A stretch of DNA of 64,000 nucleotides from Squalus acanthias (GCA_030390025.1 CM059425.1:171742001-171806000), one strand, 5' to 3'; shown: positions 12,870-27,040, counted from the first letter of the stretch. Numbers and translations are program-made. Notes: generated from the sequence alone by a model not told the origin.

Positions 12870-13215
12870 AATATTTACACAAAACTGCAGTGGAGGTCCT
12901 GACCAAACCAGAAAGTTCCAGATTCATCTGGGCTGAGTTCAGCCAGGGCAATCCTGGGAGGGAAAACAAAAAGAAGTGCACTGGGTTCTGGCTCCTAGTC
13001 GCTGTACACCAGCCCCTGATGGAAGTGCATGTGTGCAATTTAAAGAGGACAGGGTGGTGGTCGGTGGACATAAAGAGAGGACAGGATCATATTCAGCCAC
13101 AATTGACATCCCTCCCCCAAGAGTTGATACTTGCTGTCCAGGTTTACAAAGGAAGCTTAACTGCTCAAGTGAAGTACCAGAGAGTCAACTGTGTCTGCAG
13201 AACCATATTCCAACC
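12870..13215 (+). mobile_element. Degraded ancient SINE-like repeat
   Basis: GACCAAACCAGAAAGTTCCAG...GCTGAGTTCAGCCAGGG...GGGAGGGAAAA...GAGGACAGGATC; same block order as the other copies. Confidence 0.45.
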
Positions 13216-14337
13216 TTTAGGAAAAGAAGCCCAAGGAGAAAAAATTAAAAGCGAAACCAGAGGGGAAAAAATACTGTTGAACTAAGTTTCTGTTTTTTTA
13301 AAACTATCCCACTGTAAATTATTTTCTCCCTCCCTTTCGGTTCTCTTTCCAATATTACACATCATAGCTTGGCAGATAAAGCTGTAACCAGTCAACTTGC
13401 TGCCACTTAAACACCACTAGGAAGTCACAGAAGTAGCAATGATTTGTTTAGCCTCCAAACTGTCCGCTTTCCTGTTGGACAGCACATAATCTGTACACAT
13501 TGTTGAGATCACTGTGTAGCCAATTATGAGGGTCACCCATACCTCCAGTAATACAACAGATCATAAATGCACTGTGGCAAACAAATTTAGGAACAAAATA
13601 TGAGATTATTTTAATGTTCTTTTAAAAAAAAGTGCAGATAGCCTCTAATGGCGTGAGCGCGCAGCTGGTAATCTTTTTCCTTCTTCCCTCATCCCCACTA
13701 TTTTTTCCTGTGACCAATCTGTCTTCCCCGTAAGGAGATGTGTAGGTTCCATTCAGCACGGCTCAGATCAGCCTGCGAACTGGGGGCTGAAACTTGCATT
13801 TTCCCATTCTCTGTTGGTGCTCCAACGAGCAGCAGTCACAGATAATTATTTAAACTAACCAGCAACGAGTAATATGACAAAGTGGCAGAACAATAATTAT
13901 GCCCAAGATTTCCCAAACATAATATTTAACCACCCCAAAAAAAATTGGAAGTGTAGTTGATTATGAATTTTATTTGATTGTACTTAATGGATTTTGTTAT
14001 TTGTGAAAATTAATACAGAAACATTTTCTTAAAGGGAAAGGGAAATCTTAGCAGTAGTTTTAATTTAAAGTTATATCTGTTTGATGGAAAAAATAATGTA
14101 CTCACCAAAAAGTTTCTTGTTAATTTTTATTAAAAAAAGGAAAAAAAACATGGATTTTCTTAGCTGCCAGGAGCTTAAGCCTCTGTCCCAGCTAGATTCC
14201 CGTGTTGTGTCACTGATGAAAAGTGTCCTGGAGCAGCTCCATTGCAAAAAGCAGAGGGCACTACTTCAGACTGGCCCAAGAGCTGCAGGATCCCAGGAAA
14301 CAACACTCCTGACATGTAGGCCCAGGACACTGGAGTT

Positions 14338-14995
14338 AATTTTTTTTATTCATTTATGGGATGTGGACGTCGCTGGCAAGGCGGTGGTGGTGAGCTGCCT
14401 TCTTGAACAGCTGTAGTCCGTGTGGTGAAGGTACTCCCACAGTGCTGTTAGGGAGGGAGTTCCAGGATTTTGACCCAGCAACGATGAAGGAATGGCGATA
14501 TACTTCTAAGTCAGGATGGTGTGTGACTTGGAGGGGAACTTGGAGGTGGTGGTGTTCCCATGCGCCTGCTGCCCTTGTCCTTCTAGGTGGAAGAGGTCGC
14601 GGGTTTGGGAGGTGCTGCCGGAGAATCCTTGGCGAGTTGCTGCAGTGCATCTTGTAGATGGTACACACTGCAGCCATGGTACACCGGTGGTGGAGGGAGT
14701 GAATGTTTAAGGTGGTGGATGGGGTGCCAATCAAGCAGGCTGCTTTGTCCTGGATGGTGTCGAGCTTCTTGAGTGTTGTTGGAGCTGCACTCATCCAGGC
14801 AAGTGGAGAGTATTCCATCACACTCCTGACTTGTGCCTTGTAGATGGTAGAAAGGCTTAGGGGACTCGGGAGCTGAGACACTCGCCGCAGAATACCCAGC
14901 CTCTGACCTGCTCTTGTTGCCACAGTATTGATGTGGCTGGTCCAGTTAAGTTTCTGGTCAATGGTAACCCTCAGGCTGTTGAGGGTGGGGGATTA
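14338..14995 (-). mobile_element. CR1/L2-group LINE 3' fragment (family distinct from the HER1-like copies)
   Basis: ORF 14354-14923 AGQRLGILRR...TIYKAQVRSVMEYSPLAW...LDTIQDKAACLIG...WNSLP; ends in AATAAAAAAAA on the minus strand. Confidence 0.85.
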
Positions 14996-15079
14996 TGTTC
15001 CTTGTATCTCACCCCCACAATAATCTCCGCACCATCCCCCACCCCTTTCCAACTCCACTTCCTTCTGAATCTGTCCTTG

Positions 15080-15885
15080 TAAAGGAACTCACCTTCAAGT
15101 CATTTACAACTGCATTTTCAAATTCCAAATGACCTAGCTTTTGGGAATTCATCCCCCTTCCCAGCCACTCTCTCAGGCTAAACCAGACTGTTCACAACCC
15201 CGCTGTCCTATTCTACCCTGAGCCAAGTTTCACCACATCCTAACCTCTCCATCGCCAAGATCGCCTACTTCGACCTCCACCTGCCTCTGCCCCGCTTCAG
15301 CCAATTTGCCGCTGAAACCCTCATCCATGCTTTTGTCACCCCCAGATTTAACTATTCTCTGCTCTCCTGGCCGACCTACCATCCTCCACCCTCCATAAAC
15401 TTCAGCTCATCCAAAGCTCTGCTGCCTGTATTCTACCCTACACCAAGTCTCAGTGTTCCTGCCGACCGACACTGGCTCCTGCTCCACACATGCCTCAAAT
15501 TTTTAATTCTCATTCCTTCATGGCCTCGTGCCTCTCTATCTTTGCAACCATCTTCGCCCTACTATTGCTACCCTCCACCCTGAACTCGCCATTCCTGAGA
15601 TACTGGTCTCGTGCTGCTGGCCTTTCCTTCGCCCCACTACTGGTGACCATGTCTTCAGCCGCCTGGGCCCAACTCCGGAATTCCCTCCCTACACGCTAGC
15701 AACTCTCCGCCTCCTTCTCCTTGAAAACCCTCCTTAAAACTTCCTTAGACCAAGCTTTTGGTTACCATTCCTAAAATCTTCTCTTTTGGCTCGATGTTCA
15801 TTTTTTCCTTCCGTCTCTGTGAAACTCTTCGGGATTTTTTATCATGTTAAAAGGTGTTAGATAAATGCAAATTGTTGCTGTTGAG
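15080..15885 (+). mobile_element. Degraded L2 LINE 3' part
   Basis: GCTGAAACCCTCATCCATGCTTTTGTCACC (AETLIHAFVT), GACCAAGCTTTTGG and ATAAATGCAAATTGTTG tail. Confidence 0.8.
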
Positions 15886-16794
15886 TCACCAGAATAGAAA
15901 GATCTGGTTTTACATATGGAATTCTCCATATGCTGGGTTCTGAATCTTCTTCATATGAAGGCTTCAGATAGAAGCTAGGCGTCATCCCGACGGAGGGGAA
16001 AGGAAAACTGAAAGGCAATACAGCTCTTGTGACTGGTTTTAGTTCGGTCACTGGCAGGAGCCTTTGGAGCAGGTTTCTCACCCAGCCAGAAATTGTGAAA
16101 AGAAAAATCAGAAAGAGGACTTCTTACCATCAAGTAAAGTGCTATTCACAGTTTGGATATTGCACTTCATAATGACATTTTCAACACTTTCCAAGTTGCT
16201 CCAGCCTGTTACAATAGACTGTGATGGAGGAATCAAAAGTAAATATATAAAAAGCAGTACAGGCTTCGAGGGCTCCAACTCCTATTTCAGCCTTTGAGAC
16301 CAAAATAGCTCAGATATTTTCCTTAGCTACCTTGCAAGGACTAATGTTATTACAGAATAGATAGCGTGAAACTAAATATTTCAGATAACCTCACAGTACA
16401 TGGGATCTAATAAAGATGCAGACATTGCCCATTTTGGTAACTGTCCCTTTTCCAGGCTCTGAGCTTAAAGATTAAATTTGAAATATTTACACAGAATTTA
16501 CCATCTTGAATTATCTGATAAAGATTCTCTGAAGGAAAGTTGAATTGCTACGAGCCAGTTGCTGTATTACAGAAAGTGAACTTGAACACTCTAAAAAGTC
16601 AGTTGCTGCATTAGTTGCGCTAAACCTATATATTTGTAAAACTATCCAACAAGGTTAAAATTTCAAATAAATCTCAAGTACAGAATACAAAAGCAGAATT
16701 TTATGACAAGTTTCATTCCAAAACTTGTGATTCAAGAAGTACCAGAAATTCTATTGATGCTACTTAAAAATAACTGTACTCAGAACTATTATAA

Positions 16795-17258
16795 GAAAGA
16801 CTGACTTGCATTTATATAGCGCCTTTCACGACCACCGGACGTCTCAAAGCTCTTTACAGCCAATGAAGTACATTTGAAGTGGAGTCACTGTTGTAATGTA
16901 GGAAACACAGCAGCCAATTTGCGCACAGCAAGGTCCCACAAACAGCAATGTGATAATGACCAGATAATCTGTTTTTGTTATGTTGATTGAGGGATAAATA
17001 TTGGCCAGGACACCAGGAATAACTCTCCTGCTCTTCTTCGAAATAGTGCCATGGGATCTTTTACGTCCACCTGAGAGAGTAGATGCGGCCTCGGTTTAAC
17101 GTCACATCCGAAAGACGGCACCTCCGACAATGCAGCAGTCCCTCAGCACTGTACTGGAGTGTCAGCCTAGCTTTATGTGCTCAAGTCCCTGGAGAGGGAC
17201 TTGAACCCACAACCTTCAGACTCAGAGGCGAGTGTGCTATCAACTGAGCCACAGCTGA
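16795..17258 (-). mobile_element. Full-length DeuSINE (tRNA head, Deu domain, L2-type tail)
   Basis: Minus strand has A-box TGGCTCAGTTG and B-box GGTTCAAGTCC, then a Deu-like core (GGTGCCGTCTTTCGGATGTGACGTTAAACCGAGG...AAAAGATCCCATGGCACTATTTCGAAGAAGAGCAGG) and GGCGCTATATAAATGCAAGTC tail. Confidence 0.85.
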
Positions 17259-18194
17259 CGCTTAAATATAAGATGAATACATATCTGATACTACACTGGG
17301 AAATGGAACTTAAATAACAATATTTAGAAATAAAGTGGATGCAAATCATAGACCTCAGACAAAAAGTGATGTTTACTGGTAACATGTATTGTGTTGAAAA
17401 TTGGGTCACATGGGAAGCGCTGCCAATATTTTCATGATTTGGACATTATTTACCTGAAAACTGAGAAAACACCTGACAAATCTATTACAGTTTTCCTGCG
17501 TTATAGTCTAAGATGCATCCTGGAGAAAGCCGATTAGTCAACCCTTTCACATTTAGATGGGAACAAAAAAATCTCACATATTGAGATCAGTTATTCAACC
17601 ATTTAGCCCTCAAGAGGCAACGTGTAGTGAAAAACAAAGATATCCCTTAACTGGGAGAAGGTGGAAGTCCCCATCTCTGTCACTGTCTTCATCAATGAGA
17701 GATATTTGGTGAAACCATTTTTGCTTTGGGAGAGAGAAGCACCACAAAGGCCATCTGTCCTTTTCCTTTTTGGCACAATGGCGACATCCACATGTGGCAC
17801 AACAAAGAGATTTCATAATGCTTGTGAATAAATGAAAAACATTTGCAAACTTTTTTCTCCTTATTCTGTAACAAAACTTGTAAATGAAAGATTGTGATTC
17901 AAATATGTTCCTTTGACGAGCAAAGTGTATCCCTAGTGTTTTGTCTTGAAGATAATTAACTAGAACAGGAATCGAGGCCACTCTACAAAATGTTGACAAC
18001 CCGGCAGAAGTCAGACTGCATTTCAGGCCTAATGATGAAAATAATGAATGGTTCAAAAATGAATTTTCTTTTTCAAAAGGCTGCCGAACAATGGCTGGAA
18101 CAACATGGAGTACAATGACATCAGGACGAGAAGATAAGCAACTGCTTTTTATTTTGCTACCTTATATACTCGGCATAAAGAATGAACACTTCAC

Positions 18195-19917
18195 AATCTT
18201 CACAAAGGAGGACACAAATAACCTCCCAGAGATGTCGGGGAACATAGGGTCTAATGAGAAGGAGGAACTGAAAGAAATCAGTATTTGTAGGGAAATAGTG
18301 TTAGGGAAATTGACGGGATTGAAGGCCGATAAATCCCCAGGGCCTGATAATCTACATCCTCGGGTACTTAAGGAAGTGGCCCTAAAAATAGTAGATGCAT
18401 TGCTGGTCATCTTCCAAAATTCTATAGACTCTGGAACAGTACCCATGGATTGGAGGGTAGCTAATGTTACCCCACTATTCAAAAAAGGTGGTAGAGAGAA
18501 AACGGGGAATTATGGACCAGTAAGCCTGACATCGGTAGAAGGGAAAATGCTAGAGTCCATTATAAAAGATGTAATAGCAGAGCACTTGGAAAACAGTGAC
18601 AGGATCGGACAAAGTCAACATGGATTTACAAAAGGTAAATCGTGCTTGACTAATCTACTGGAATTTTTTGAGGATGTAACTGGTAAACTGGATAAGGGAG
18701 AACCAGTGGATGTGGTGTATTTGGACTTTCAGAAGGCTTTCGATAAGGTCCCGCATAAGAGATTAGCGTGTAAAGTTAAGGCACATGGGATTGGGGGCAA
18801 GGTATTGACTTGGATAGAGAACTGGTTGGCAGACAGAAAGCAAAGAGTTGGAATAAATGGGTCTTTCCGAGTGGCAGGCAGTGACTAGTGGGGTACCGCA
18901 GGGATCGGTCCTAGGACCCCAGCTATTCACAATATATATTAATGATCTGGACGATGGAATTGGATGTAATATCTCCAAGTTTGCAGACGACACAAAGCTG
19001 GGTGGGAGTGTGTGCCGTAAGGAGGATGCCGAGAAACTCCAGTATGATTTGGACAGGTTGGGTGATTGGGCAGAAGCATGGCAGATGCAATATAATGTGG
19101 ATAAATGCGAGGTTATCCACTTTGGTGTCAAAAACAGGAAGGCAGATTATGATTTGAATGGCAATAGATTGGGAGAAGGGGAAGTGCAACGAGACCTGGG
19201 TGTCCTTGTGCACCAATCGCTGAAGGTAAGCATGCAGGTGCAGCAGGCAGTTAAGAAGGCAAATGGTATGTTGGCCTTCGTAGCGAAAGGGTTCGAGTAC
19301 AGGAACAAGGATGTCTTGCTGCAGTTGTACAGGGCCTTGGTGAGACCACATCTTGAGTATTGTGTGCAGTTTTGGTCACCTTATCTGAGGAAGGATGTTC
19401 TTGTCATGGAGAGAGTGCAGCGAAGATTCACCAGGCTGATACCCGGGATGGCAGGAATGGCGTATGAGGAGAGATTGGGTCGATTGGGCTTATACTCACT
19501 GGAGTTTAGAAGAATGAGAGGGGATCTCATCGAAACTTATAAAATTCTAACAGGACTAGACAGACTAGATGCAGGAAGGATGTTCCCGATGGCCGGGGAG
19601 TCCAGAACCAGGGGTCACAGTCTAAGGATAAGGGGTAAGCCATTTAGGACTGAGATGAGGAGGAATTTCTTCACCCAGAGAGTGGTGAACCTGTGGAATT
19701 CTCTACCACAGAAGGCAGTAGAGGCCAATTCATTAAATATATTCAAGAAGGAGTTAGATATATTTCTTAAAACTAAAGGGATCAAGGGATATGGAGAGAA
19801 GGCAGGGACAGGGTACTGAATTTGGATGATCAGCCATGATCTCATTGAATGGTGGAGCAGGCTCGAGGGGCTGAATGGCCTACTCCTGCTCCTATCTTCT
19901 ATGTTTCTATGTTTCTA
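18195..19917 (+). mobile_element. 5'-truncated CR1 (HER1-like) LINE with near-complete RT, one frameshift
   Basis: ORFs 18091-18888 (KSPGPD...YLDFQKAFDKVPH) and 18857-19819 ([10 protein letters not shown]...FADD); 2-bp T-run deletion at ~18865 relative to the 6709-8172 copy; (TTCTATGT)n tail. Confidence 0.95.
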
Positions 19918-22006
19918 ATCTGTTGCACTACTGACATTATGTAAGTCAAGAAGAATGCCCAAACTTAACTAGTGAGACCAATTAATGGCTAAGAGAGAGC
20001 AGTAGGCAATCAAAATAAAGAATTTGCTTAGCCAGTCACCATGGTCACTTGAATTAGGTCGTTGAATTTCCACCATGTGTAAATGTGGATTAGTTTAAAT
20101 TGATTTAATTGTGGATTCCAGTCTTAAGGTACTTTTACACTGAAGTAATGGTGGCAGACACGTAGTACTTCTACCATCAACATCACTCTCCAATGTAAAG
20201 CACAAGTCTTTTTGAGTCTCAGCAGAATCAGAGACCTATTATTTTCTGGGCTTCGTGAGCTGCCACAAGGACTCCACTTGAACTCAACCCACAGATACAG
20301 AGCTCCCCGCTTTAGCAATGGGACTCATGGTTCTTGAGCCCCCAACAGATCTTGATTAGGAATGGCAGGACAAGCAAAACTAAACAGAGGCAAGCAGTGC
20401 ATGCAAATTGTGGGTTTCTGTTTGAGCATCACTTTCCTGGAACCTTTTACGGGAATATAAATGTGCCTATAAAGCAATTGTTCTCTGTCAAAACAAATGA
20501 AAAAAAGAGGCATCAGACAGGAGCAATCACTGTGAACCAGTCGATTTGAAACAAGTAGCAAAATGTAAATCAGCAGGTGAAACTGCAAAGATCGACAACA
20601 TGAGCAACCATTCTGAAAGCTAAATCAACCAATTAGAAGAATGATTCCATTGCTCTTAAAATTACAATATAATAAATTTCACACAAAATGTGTAATTTTA
20701 CAGCTTTTTTTCCTCCATGGAGAACGACAATTCAGATTTTCCCTCTCCCCCTCTGCTGCTCCAGTGGCACACACAATGTGAATAATCCATATATATCCCA
20801 GCGCTGCAATCCAATTTGATGAGACCCTCTCCCTCAAACCAGCTTGGGTGCTGGTTTGCAGCTGTCCAACCCTAGAAAACCTTCTCCAAGCTGAATATTC
20901 AGCAGTACCCTGTCTGCAGTGATCATTTCCCAGATCAGCTCCCCAGGCTAGTCAGAAGTGTAGCTCCCATTAAAGTGACCCGCGGGAGCTGCTGTGGACA
21001 TATAGAGGTCACCCGCAAATGTCACCACAGCAGACGCAAGATATTTATTTTCACAAGACAAAAATGACCTGTCAGATGGAAGAATACTTTCAAAACTATT
21101 TCAACTATATTCATTTTTAACAGGGAGATAAAGGGAGAGCACCTTGTCAAGAAAGATCCCCCACCAGAACTTCCCAGCAAACCACCGCACAACTGTCTGT
21201 CCAAATTAAAAATCGAACTGTCCTTCCAGAGATCAGTTAAGGCAGCAATGATCAGGAATCAAACTCTGGGCCTTTGGTTCCATACTGGCCAGCACTTTTA
21301 CAAACTGAGCACTCAGGAAGCTCATAAAAGGGCTCTTTACCCCAAGGAACAGCACATTGACTGCACAAGCAAACATGTATAATAAAAATACCACAACGGA
21401 AAATGAAAAAAGAAAAACAGCCGCAGAGTTAGTTCAACTTGGAGAAGCCATTCCTCCCTGGCACTCAACATCACAGCTGATGTAGATAAGGGCTCACAAA
21501 ATTTATTCCAGCTGGCAAACTGACTTATTGTAATGGACTGAATAATAGAATAGTATTTCACTGCTCAAGGTGCTGATGGCAGAAGGAGAATTACACCCAT
21601 GATTGACTTTTATCATCTCTGTTTAGAAATCATTCTTTGTTTCTACGTAAGTAGCAGCTTTTTCCCGCCACAATTGAGTACAGGTATTTTTAAACATTTG
21701 CAGCTCAAGTTAATTTGCAACTTTTTCATCTTTATGTCAATTTTATTTAATTAGTGTAAGAAGTAAAACATTTGGGAAACTACACCTGGGACGTTTTGAG
21801 ATGGTAACAAAAGGCTTCTAGCCGATTGTCACTACAAAAGTTCAGATGGACAACAGAACAACTGATATCACGGAGATGAAGTACATCACTCTACCGTGAA
21901 AGCGCTGCACTTAAAGGATGAGTTGGTGGTGGGGGGGGGCGGGGGGGGGAAGCGGGAAGAGGCAAAGGGACAGAAAAACAGAACAAAGGGTTCAACTAAG
22001 GAGAAT

Positions 22007-22173
22007 GGGGGTGAAATTTATCTTGCGCAACAGCACAAAATCAGCGATAGTGGATCGGCAGCCCGTTTTTGCACTCGTCCAATTTTCTTTTCTGTTGACA
22101 TGGAATGTAAAATGGGCTGCCAATTCGCCACTGCACTTTTTTGCACTACTGCTCCAAGACAAATTTTACCCCC
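22007..22173. mobile_element. 167-bp Harbinger-like MITE
   Basis: TIRs GGGGGTGAAATTTATCTTG / CAAGACAAATTTTACCCCC; 3-bp TSD AAT at 22004-22006 and 22174-22176. Confidence 0.75.
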
Positions 22174-23649
22174 AATGTCTCTTATGCAACTGGTTATTGA
22201 TCATCTGCAGAGTGAAGAGGCAGTTTGCTAACTCATTTGCACAGTGAAATCTCAGTCATATTATTTGGAAGAGGCACAGATTGGGGATCTGGTGCTTCCC
22301 AACACGAGTGCAGAAAAATTCAGTGAGCCAGTCACCCTTGGTCAGTCCTTCACCAATGTAACAGCTGATTAAAAGGCAGCATTGCTCACCCTCTCAACAA
22401 TAGAGCGGAGGGTTATATTGGTTAAACAAACAGATTATTTTTGAAAGTGAGTCAAAATATTAAACATTATAAAGTACATTTATCTAAATATATGTCAATA
22501 TTTCTGTGCTCATCAATGTATTAAGGTAAGGAATAGCTCTCTATGGAAATGGAACACTTTTCCATTTTTGTCATCCAGTGACAGTATCAGTCATTCCCTA
22601 TTTCTGCTCCATCATACGTCCTAATCCTCCACCTCAGAAGAATACAAGCTATTGCACCAATTTACTTGTTCTCTCTTTTTCCTATGAGCCAGTGTTATGG
22701 CCTTTTCAGTCAAATTGTCAATTGGTGCAGAAACAGGGTCAGTTTAGCTCTGTCGACCTGCACCAGGCAGTGGGTGCTGATTGCCTAAACATTCACAGGC
22801 AAAGAGAGAAGAGCTTTCTCCCATCAGTGAAGACTGGATTCAAACTTCTATCTCTGGACTGAAAGGACAATGTTGTAACCTGATGTAACATCTAGTCTCT
22901 ATAATCAAGCACATAAGAATAAGAGAATACACTAAACCAAAGAATACTTCATTCACACAATGTGAACAATGAGAACACAAATTTGTTTTTCATGTTTCGG
23001 TGTGTGCATGCAGTAATCGCACAGTCTTCAAATATAAATACCAGTTGCTATTGTTCTGATCCTGGTGTTTATTCTACTCCTGTATGCCATCTAACCTTGT
23101 GTCAGCCCAGCATTCACAATACTAACATTCATTTTCTATTCTCTGTAAACTCTGATGCAATCTGGTGTGACAAATAAAAGTCCAACATCTAACCAAACAA
23201 TTTTTCTCTTTTAAAGTTAAACACATCAGATTATGCATCGGCCTCCATTTAAAAAGTGCATTTTCTTTAAAAACAATCACACTTTCAAACAAACAAAACT
23301 TTCTAGATACATATTCTGTTGGCACATGCATGTATATATAGTGCATAATTCAGTAGCTCAATAACATTCGCATTGTATAGGCCAAGCTGACACTATCAAG
23401 GTCAGGCGAGACACGAGAATAGAATAGAGGCTCAGGTCGGGAACTGAAAAGGTGCCAGTCACATCTTCTGAAACAGCAGCAGCAATAACAGAACTTCATG
23501 TTCCTGCAGCCAATGCACACTAAGCAAAAAATATATTTTATGTGGTTTCATTTATTCTTACTTTGCCAGTGAAGCAATGTTCTTTGGCCGAGTACGTTCA
23601 CCCATACTTAATAATCATTAGTTCCACAACTTAAGTATATTTTGCACTC

Positions 23650-23865
23650 CCCTGATCACTTAGTTGGCTAAGGCAGCAAGCACGTGAGCCACACAGACCA
23701 AGACCCAAATTTGGTCTCCCATCTGTCTCGAGTTACCTGATTATAGCTGGGTTGCAGGGTGGAAAATTGGCTACAGCACCCGAGTTAGGAATTGGAAAAT
23801 TGGTCAGGGAAACTGGTCCTGATTGTTATCCAGCAATTCCTCGACGTGCGTGGATATCGAGTAAC
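23650..23865 (+). mobile_element. Degraded ancient SINE-like repeat
   Basis: Similar to the copies at 3745, 12870 and 51490. Confidence 0.4.
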
Positions 23866-23869
23866 AAAG

Positions 23870-25732
23870 TCTTGTGTACCTTCAGCCACCCAAGCTCCAC
23901 GTACTGGAATTGCCTCCCGAAATCCCTCTGCCACTCTCCTCCTTTAATACCCTCCCTTAAAACCCATCCTTTGGACCAAGCTTTTGGTTACCCAACAACA
24001 ACTTGTATTTATATAGCGCTTTTAACGTAGTAAAACACCCCACGCCGCGTCACAGGCGCTTAGGGCCTACGCAACAGAAGGCACGGCCACCAATGGTTGA
24101 GCGATTATAATCAGGGATGCTCAAGAGGGCAGAATTAGAGGAGCGCAGATATCTCGGGGGGTTGTGGGGCTGAAGGAGATTACAGAGATAGGGAGGGGCG
24201 AGGCCATGGAGGGATTTGAAAACAAAGATGAGAATTTTGAAATCAAGGCGTTGCTTAACCAGGAGCCAATGTAGGTCAGCGAACACATGGGTGATGGGTG
24301 AACGGGACATGGTGCGAGTTAGGACACGGGCAGCGAGTTTTGGATGACCTCAAGTTTACGTAGGGTAGAATGTGGGAGGCCAGCCAGGAGTGCGTTGGAA
24401 TAGTCAAGTCTAGAGGTAACAAAGGCATGAATGAGAGTTTCAGCAGCGGATGAGCTGAGGCAAGGGAGGAGACGGGCGATGTTACGGAGGTGGAAATAGG
24501 CGGTCTTAGTGATGGCGCGGATATGTGGTCGGAAGCTAATTTCAGGGTCAAATATGACACCAAGGTTGCGAACAGTGTGGTTCAGCCTCAGACAGGTGTT
24601 CGGGAGAGGGATGGAGTCAGTGGCTAGGGAACAGAGTTTGTGGCGGGGAGCGAAAACAATGGCTTCAGTCTTCCCAATATTTAACTGGAGAAAATTTCTG
24701 CTCATCCAGAACTGGATGTTGGACAAGCAGTCCATGGAGACCATGGAGGGGTTGAGAGAAGTGGTGGTGAGGTAGAGCTGGGTGTCATCAGCGTACATGT
24801 GGAAACTGACGCTGTGTTTTCGGATGATGTCGCCAAGGGACAGCATATAGATAAGAAATAGGAGGGGGCCAAGGATAGATCCTTGGGGGACACCAGAGGT
24901 AACAATGCAGGAGCGGGAAGAGAAGTCGTTGCAGGTGATTCTCTGGCTATGATTAGATAGATAAGAATGGAACCAGGCGAGTGCAGTCCCACCCAGCTGG
25001 ATGACGGTGGAGAGGCGTTGGAGAAGCATGGAGTGGCCAACCGTGTCAAAGGCTGCAGACAAGTCGAGAAGGACGAGGAGGGATAGTTTACCTTTGTCAC
25101 AGTCACAAAGGATGTCATTTGTGACTTTGATGATAGCCATTTCAGTACTGTGGCAGGGGTGGAAACTTGATTGGAGGGATTCAAACATGGAGTTCCGGGA
25201 AAGATGGGCACGGATTTGGGAGGTGACAACACGTTCAAGGACTTTGGAGAGGAAAGGGAGGTTGGAGATGGGGCGGTAGTTTGCAAGGATGGAGGGGTCA
25301 AGGGTTGGTTTTTTGAGGAGAGGGGTGATGATGGCAGATTTGAGGGAGAGGGGGACAGTACCTGAGGAGAGAGAACCATTAACAATGTCAGCTAACATGG
25401 GAGCCAGAAAAGGAAGTTGGGTGGTCAGCAGTTTGGTGGGAATAGGGTCGAGGGAGCAGAAAGTGAGTCTCAGAGAGGGCATGAGGGGAGATCGGAGAGA
25501 AACTGGAGAAAGATGTGAGTTCAGAGCAAGGGCAGGGGGGAACCTTAGAGGAAGTTTGGCCCGGTGGGCGAGGGGAAGGAAGGGAAGTGGCAGAGGCAGC
25601 TGAACAGATCGTCTCAGTCTTAGAGACAAAGAAGTCCATGAGTTCCTCGCACTTGCCCTCCTAATAGTTTCTTCTTTGCACTTCTGTAAAGGGCCTATGT
25701 TAACGGAAAAATAAATGCAGGTTGTTGTTGTA
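23870..25732 (+). mobile_element. Old L2 3' UTR split by a younger antisense L2
   Basis: GACCAAGCTTTTGGTTACCC at ~23975-23993 resumes as CCCTCCTAATAG...AATAAATGCAGGTTGTTGTTG at ~25657-25732. Confidence 0.6.
23994..25656 (-). mobile_element. L2 LINE, 5'-truncated, RT domain largely open
   Basis: ORF 24319-25629: NYRPISNLPFLSKVLER, LDLSAAFDTV, GVPQGSILGPLLF, YADD; ATAAATACAAGTTGTTGTT tail on the minus strand. Confidence 0.95.
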
Positions 25733-25859
25733 TTCTACCACTCTTGGCTGCGCTGAATTTAGATCCTTCTCAAGAGGACCAGATTTTACACAGTCCAATT
25801 TTCCTGCTCACTTTCCCCACCCTTTTATATTCTTCTTTACTACTACCTTCACAATCACA

Positions 25860-26430
25860 ACATGAATTTGCACAGCGCCTTCAATGTAAGGTGTATCTTA
25901 AGGTGATGGGTCAGAAAAATGGGTGCCAAGACAGGCAGAGAGATATTAGGAAGTGAAGGAATGTTTGGTTGTAGAGGACTTTTGACACAGTTTTTAAATG
26001 TTGAAAACTAGGAGTACTAGAGAGTAGGAGCAAGGCAGCTGAAAGCTCTGTTATGAATGGTGCGGAGAAGGGAGGAGAGAAGGCCAAACTCAGAAGAACA
26101 AATGTGCAGGAGAGACTATTGGGGTGGAGGAGTTTGCAAAAATAGAGGCAGACAAGGCCATGGAGGGTTTTATGATTGAGGATGAGGACTACAAATTTAA
26201 CGTGTTGGGGGACGGGGAGCAGTGAAGGATGGGTTGATGACCGAGTGGAACTTCATACAGACAGGATGCAAACAGCGAGGTTTTGGACATGTTGGGAGTT
26301 TGTGAAGAGTGTTGGATGAGAGGTTAGCAAGAAGGGCATTGGATTAGTTGAGTTTGTAAGTGCCAAAGGTATGTATGTAGGTTTCAGCAGCAGAGGAACT
26401 GAGATAGGGTGGCAGATGGATAATGTTACA
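25860..26430 (-). mobile_element. Old degraded L2 3' fragment
   Basis: Residual similarity to L2 (GGCCATGGAGGG, GGTTTCAGCAGCAGAGGAACTGAG). Confidence 0.55.
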
Positions 26431-26439
26431 GAATTGCTA

Positions 26440-27040
26440 CTTATAGGAAAGCAATCCGCATGCTGATAACTCTTTGCAAGAAAATGTTTCTTCTAATCTT
26501 CCCCTTTAAGTATCTAGTGTTTGTTTTGAGATCATGGCTTTGTGTCTTGAATTTACCAATCAAAATTATCGATGTTTCCCTTGTCCATTCCTTTAATCAT
26601 TTTGAATACCTCTATCAAATTGCCATTCAACCTTCACACAGCCCTAGTTGCTTTGACCTTTGCTCTTAACTCAGACCCCTCATTCCTGGTTTCAGCCTGG
26701 TAAAGCTGTGCTGCACTTCCTCCAAAGGCTATAATATCCCGTCTATAGTAAGGAACAAGAAATTATACCCATTCTGCCAGATGTAACCTAGCCATTATTC
26801 TGCACAGCCATAATGATCTCTTGATAAAACACCATAACCCATTTACCCACTCAATGTTTTAAAAAAACCTGTGCACCCATTTAAGGATGTGTCTGCACAG
26901 CTGGCTTCCTTTACTCCTCTACTGCATTGAGAAAGTTACCATTTAATGTATATTTTCATTCTTTATTCTCACTCCCAAAATGTATTCCCTCACATTTATC
27001 TGCACTAAACTGCATCTGCCACTTATCTGCCCCTTCTCAT
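26440..27040 (-). mobile_element. Old degraded CR1 fragment
   Basis: Residual CCAAAATGTATTCCCTCACATTTATCTGCACTAAACTGCATCTGCCAC (W-Q-M-Q-F...KCE region). Confidence 0.55.

Noticed and set aside
12860..13285. 141-aa ORF
   Set aside because: Lies over the same SINE-like repeat; no domain or splice support.
17165..17258. tRNA gene
   Set aside because: The A/B boxes are the head of a SINE and continue directly into the Deu domain.
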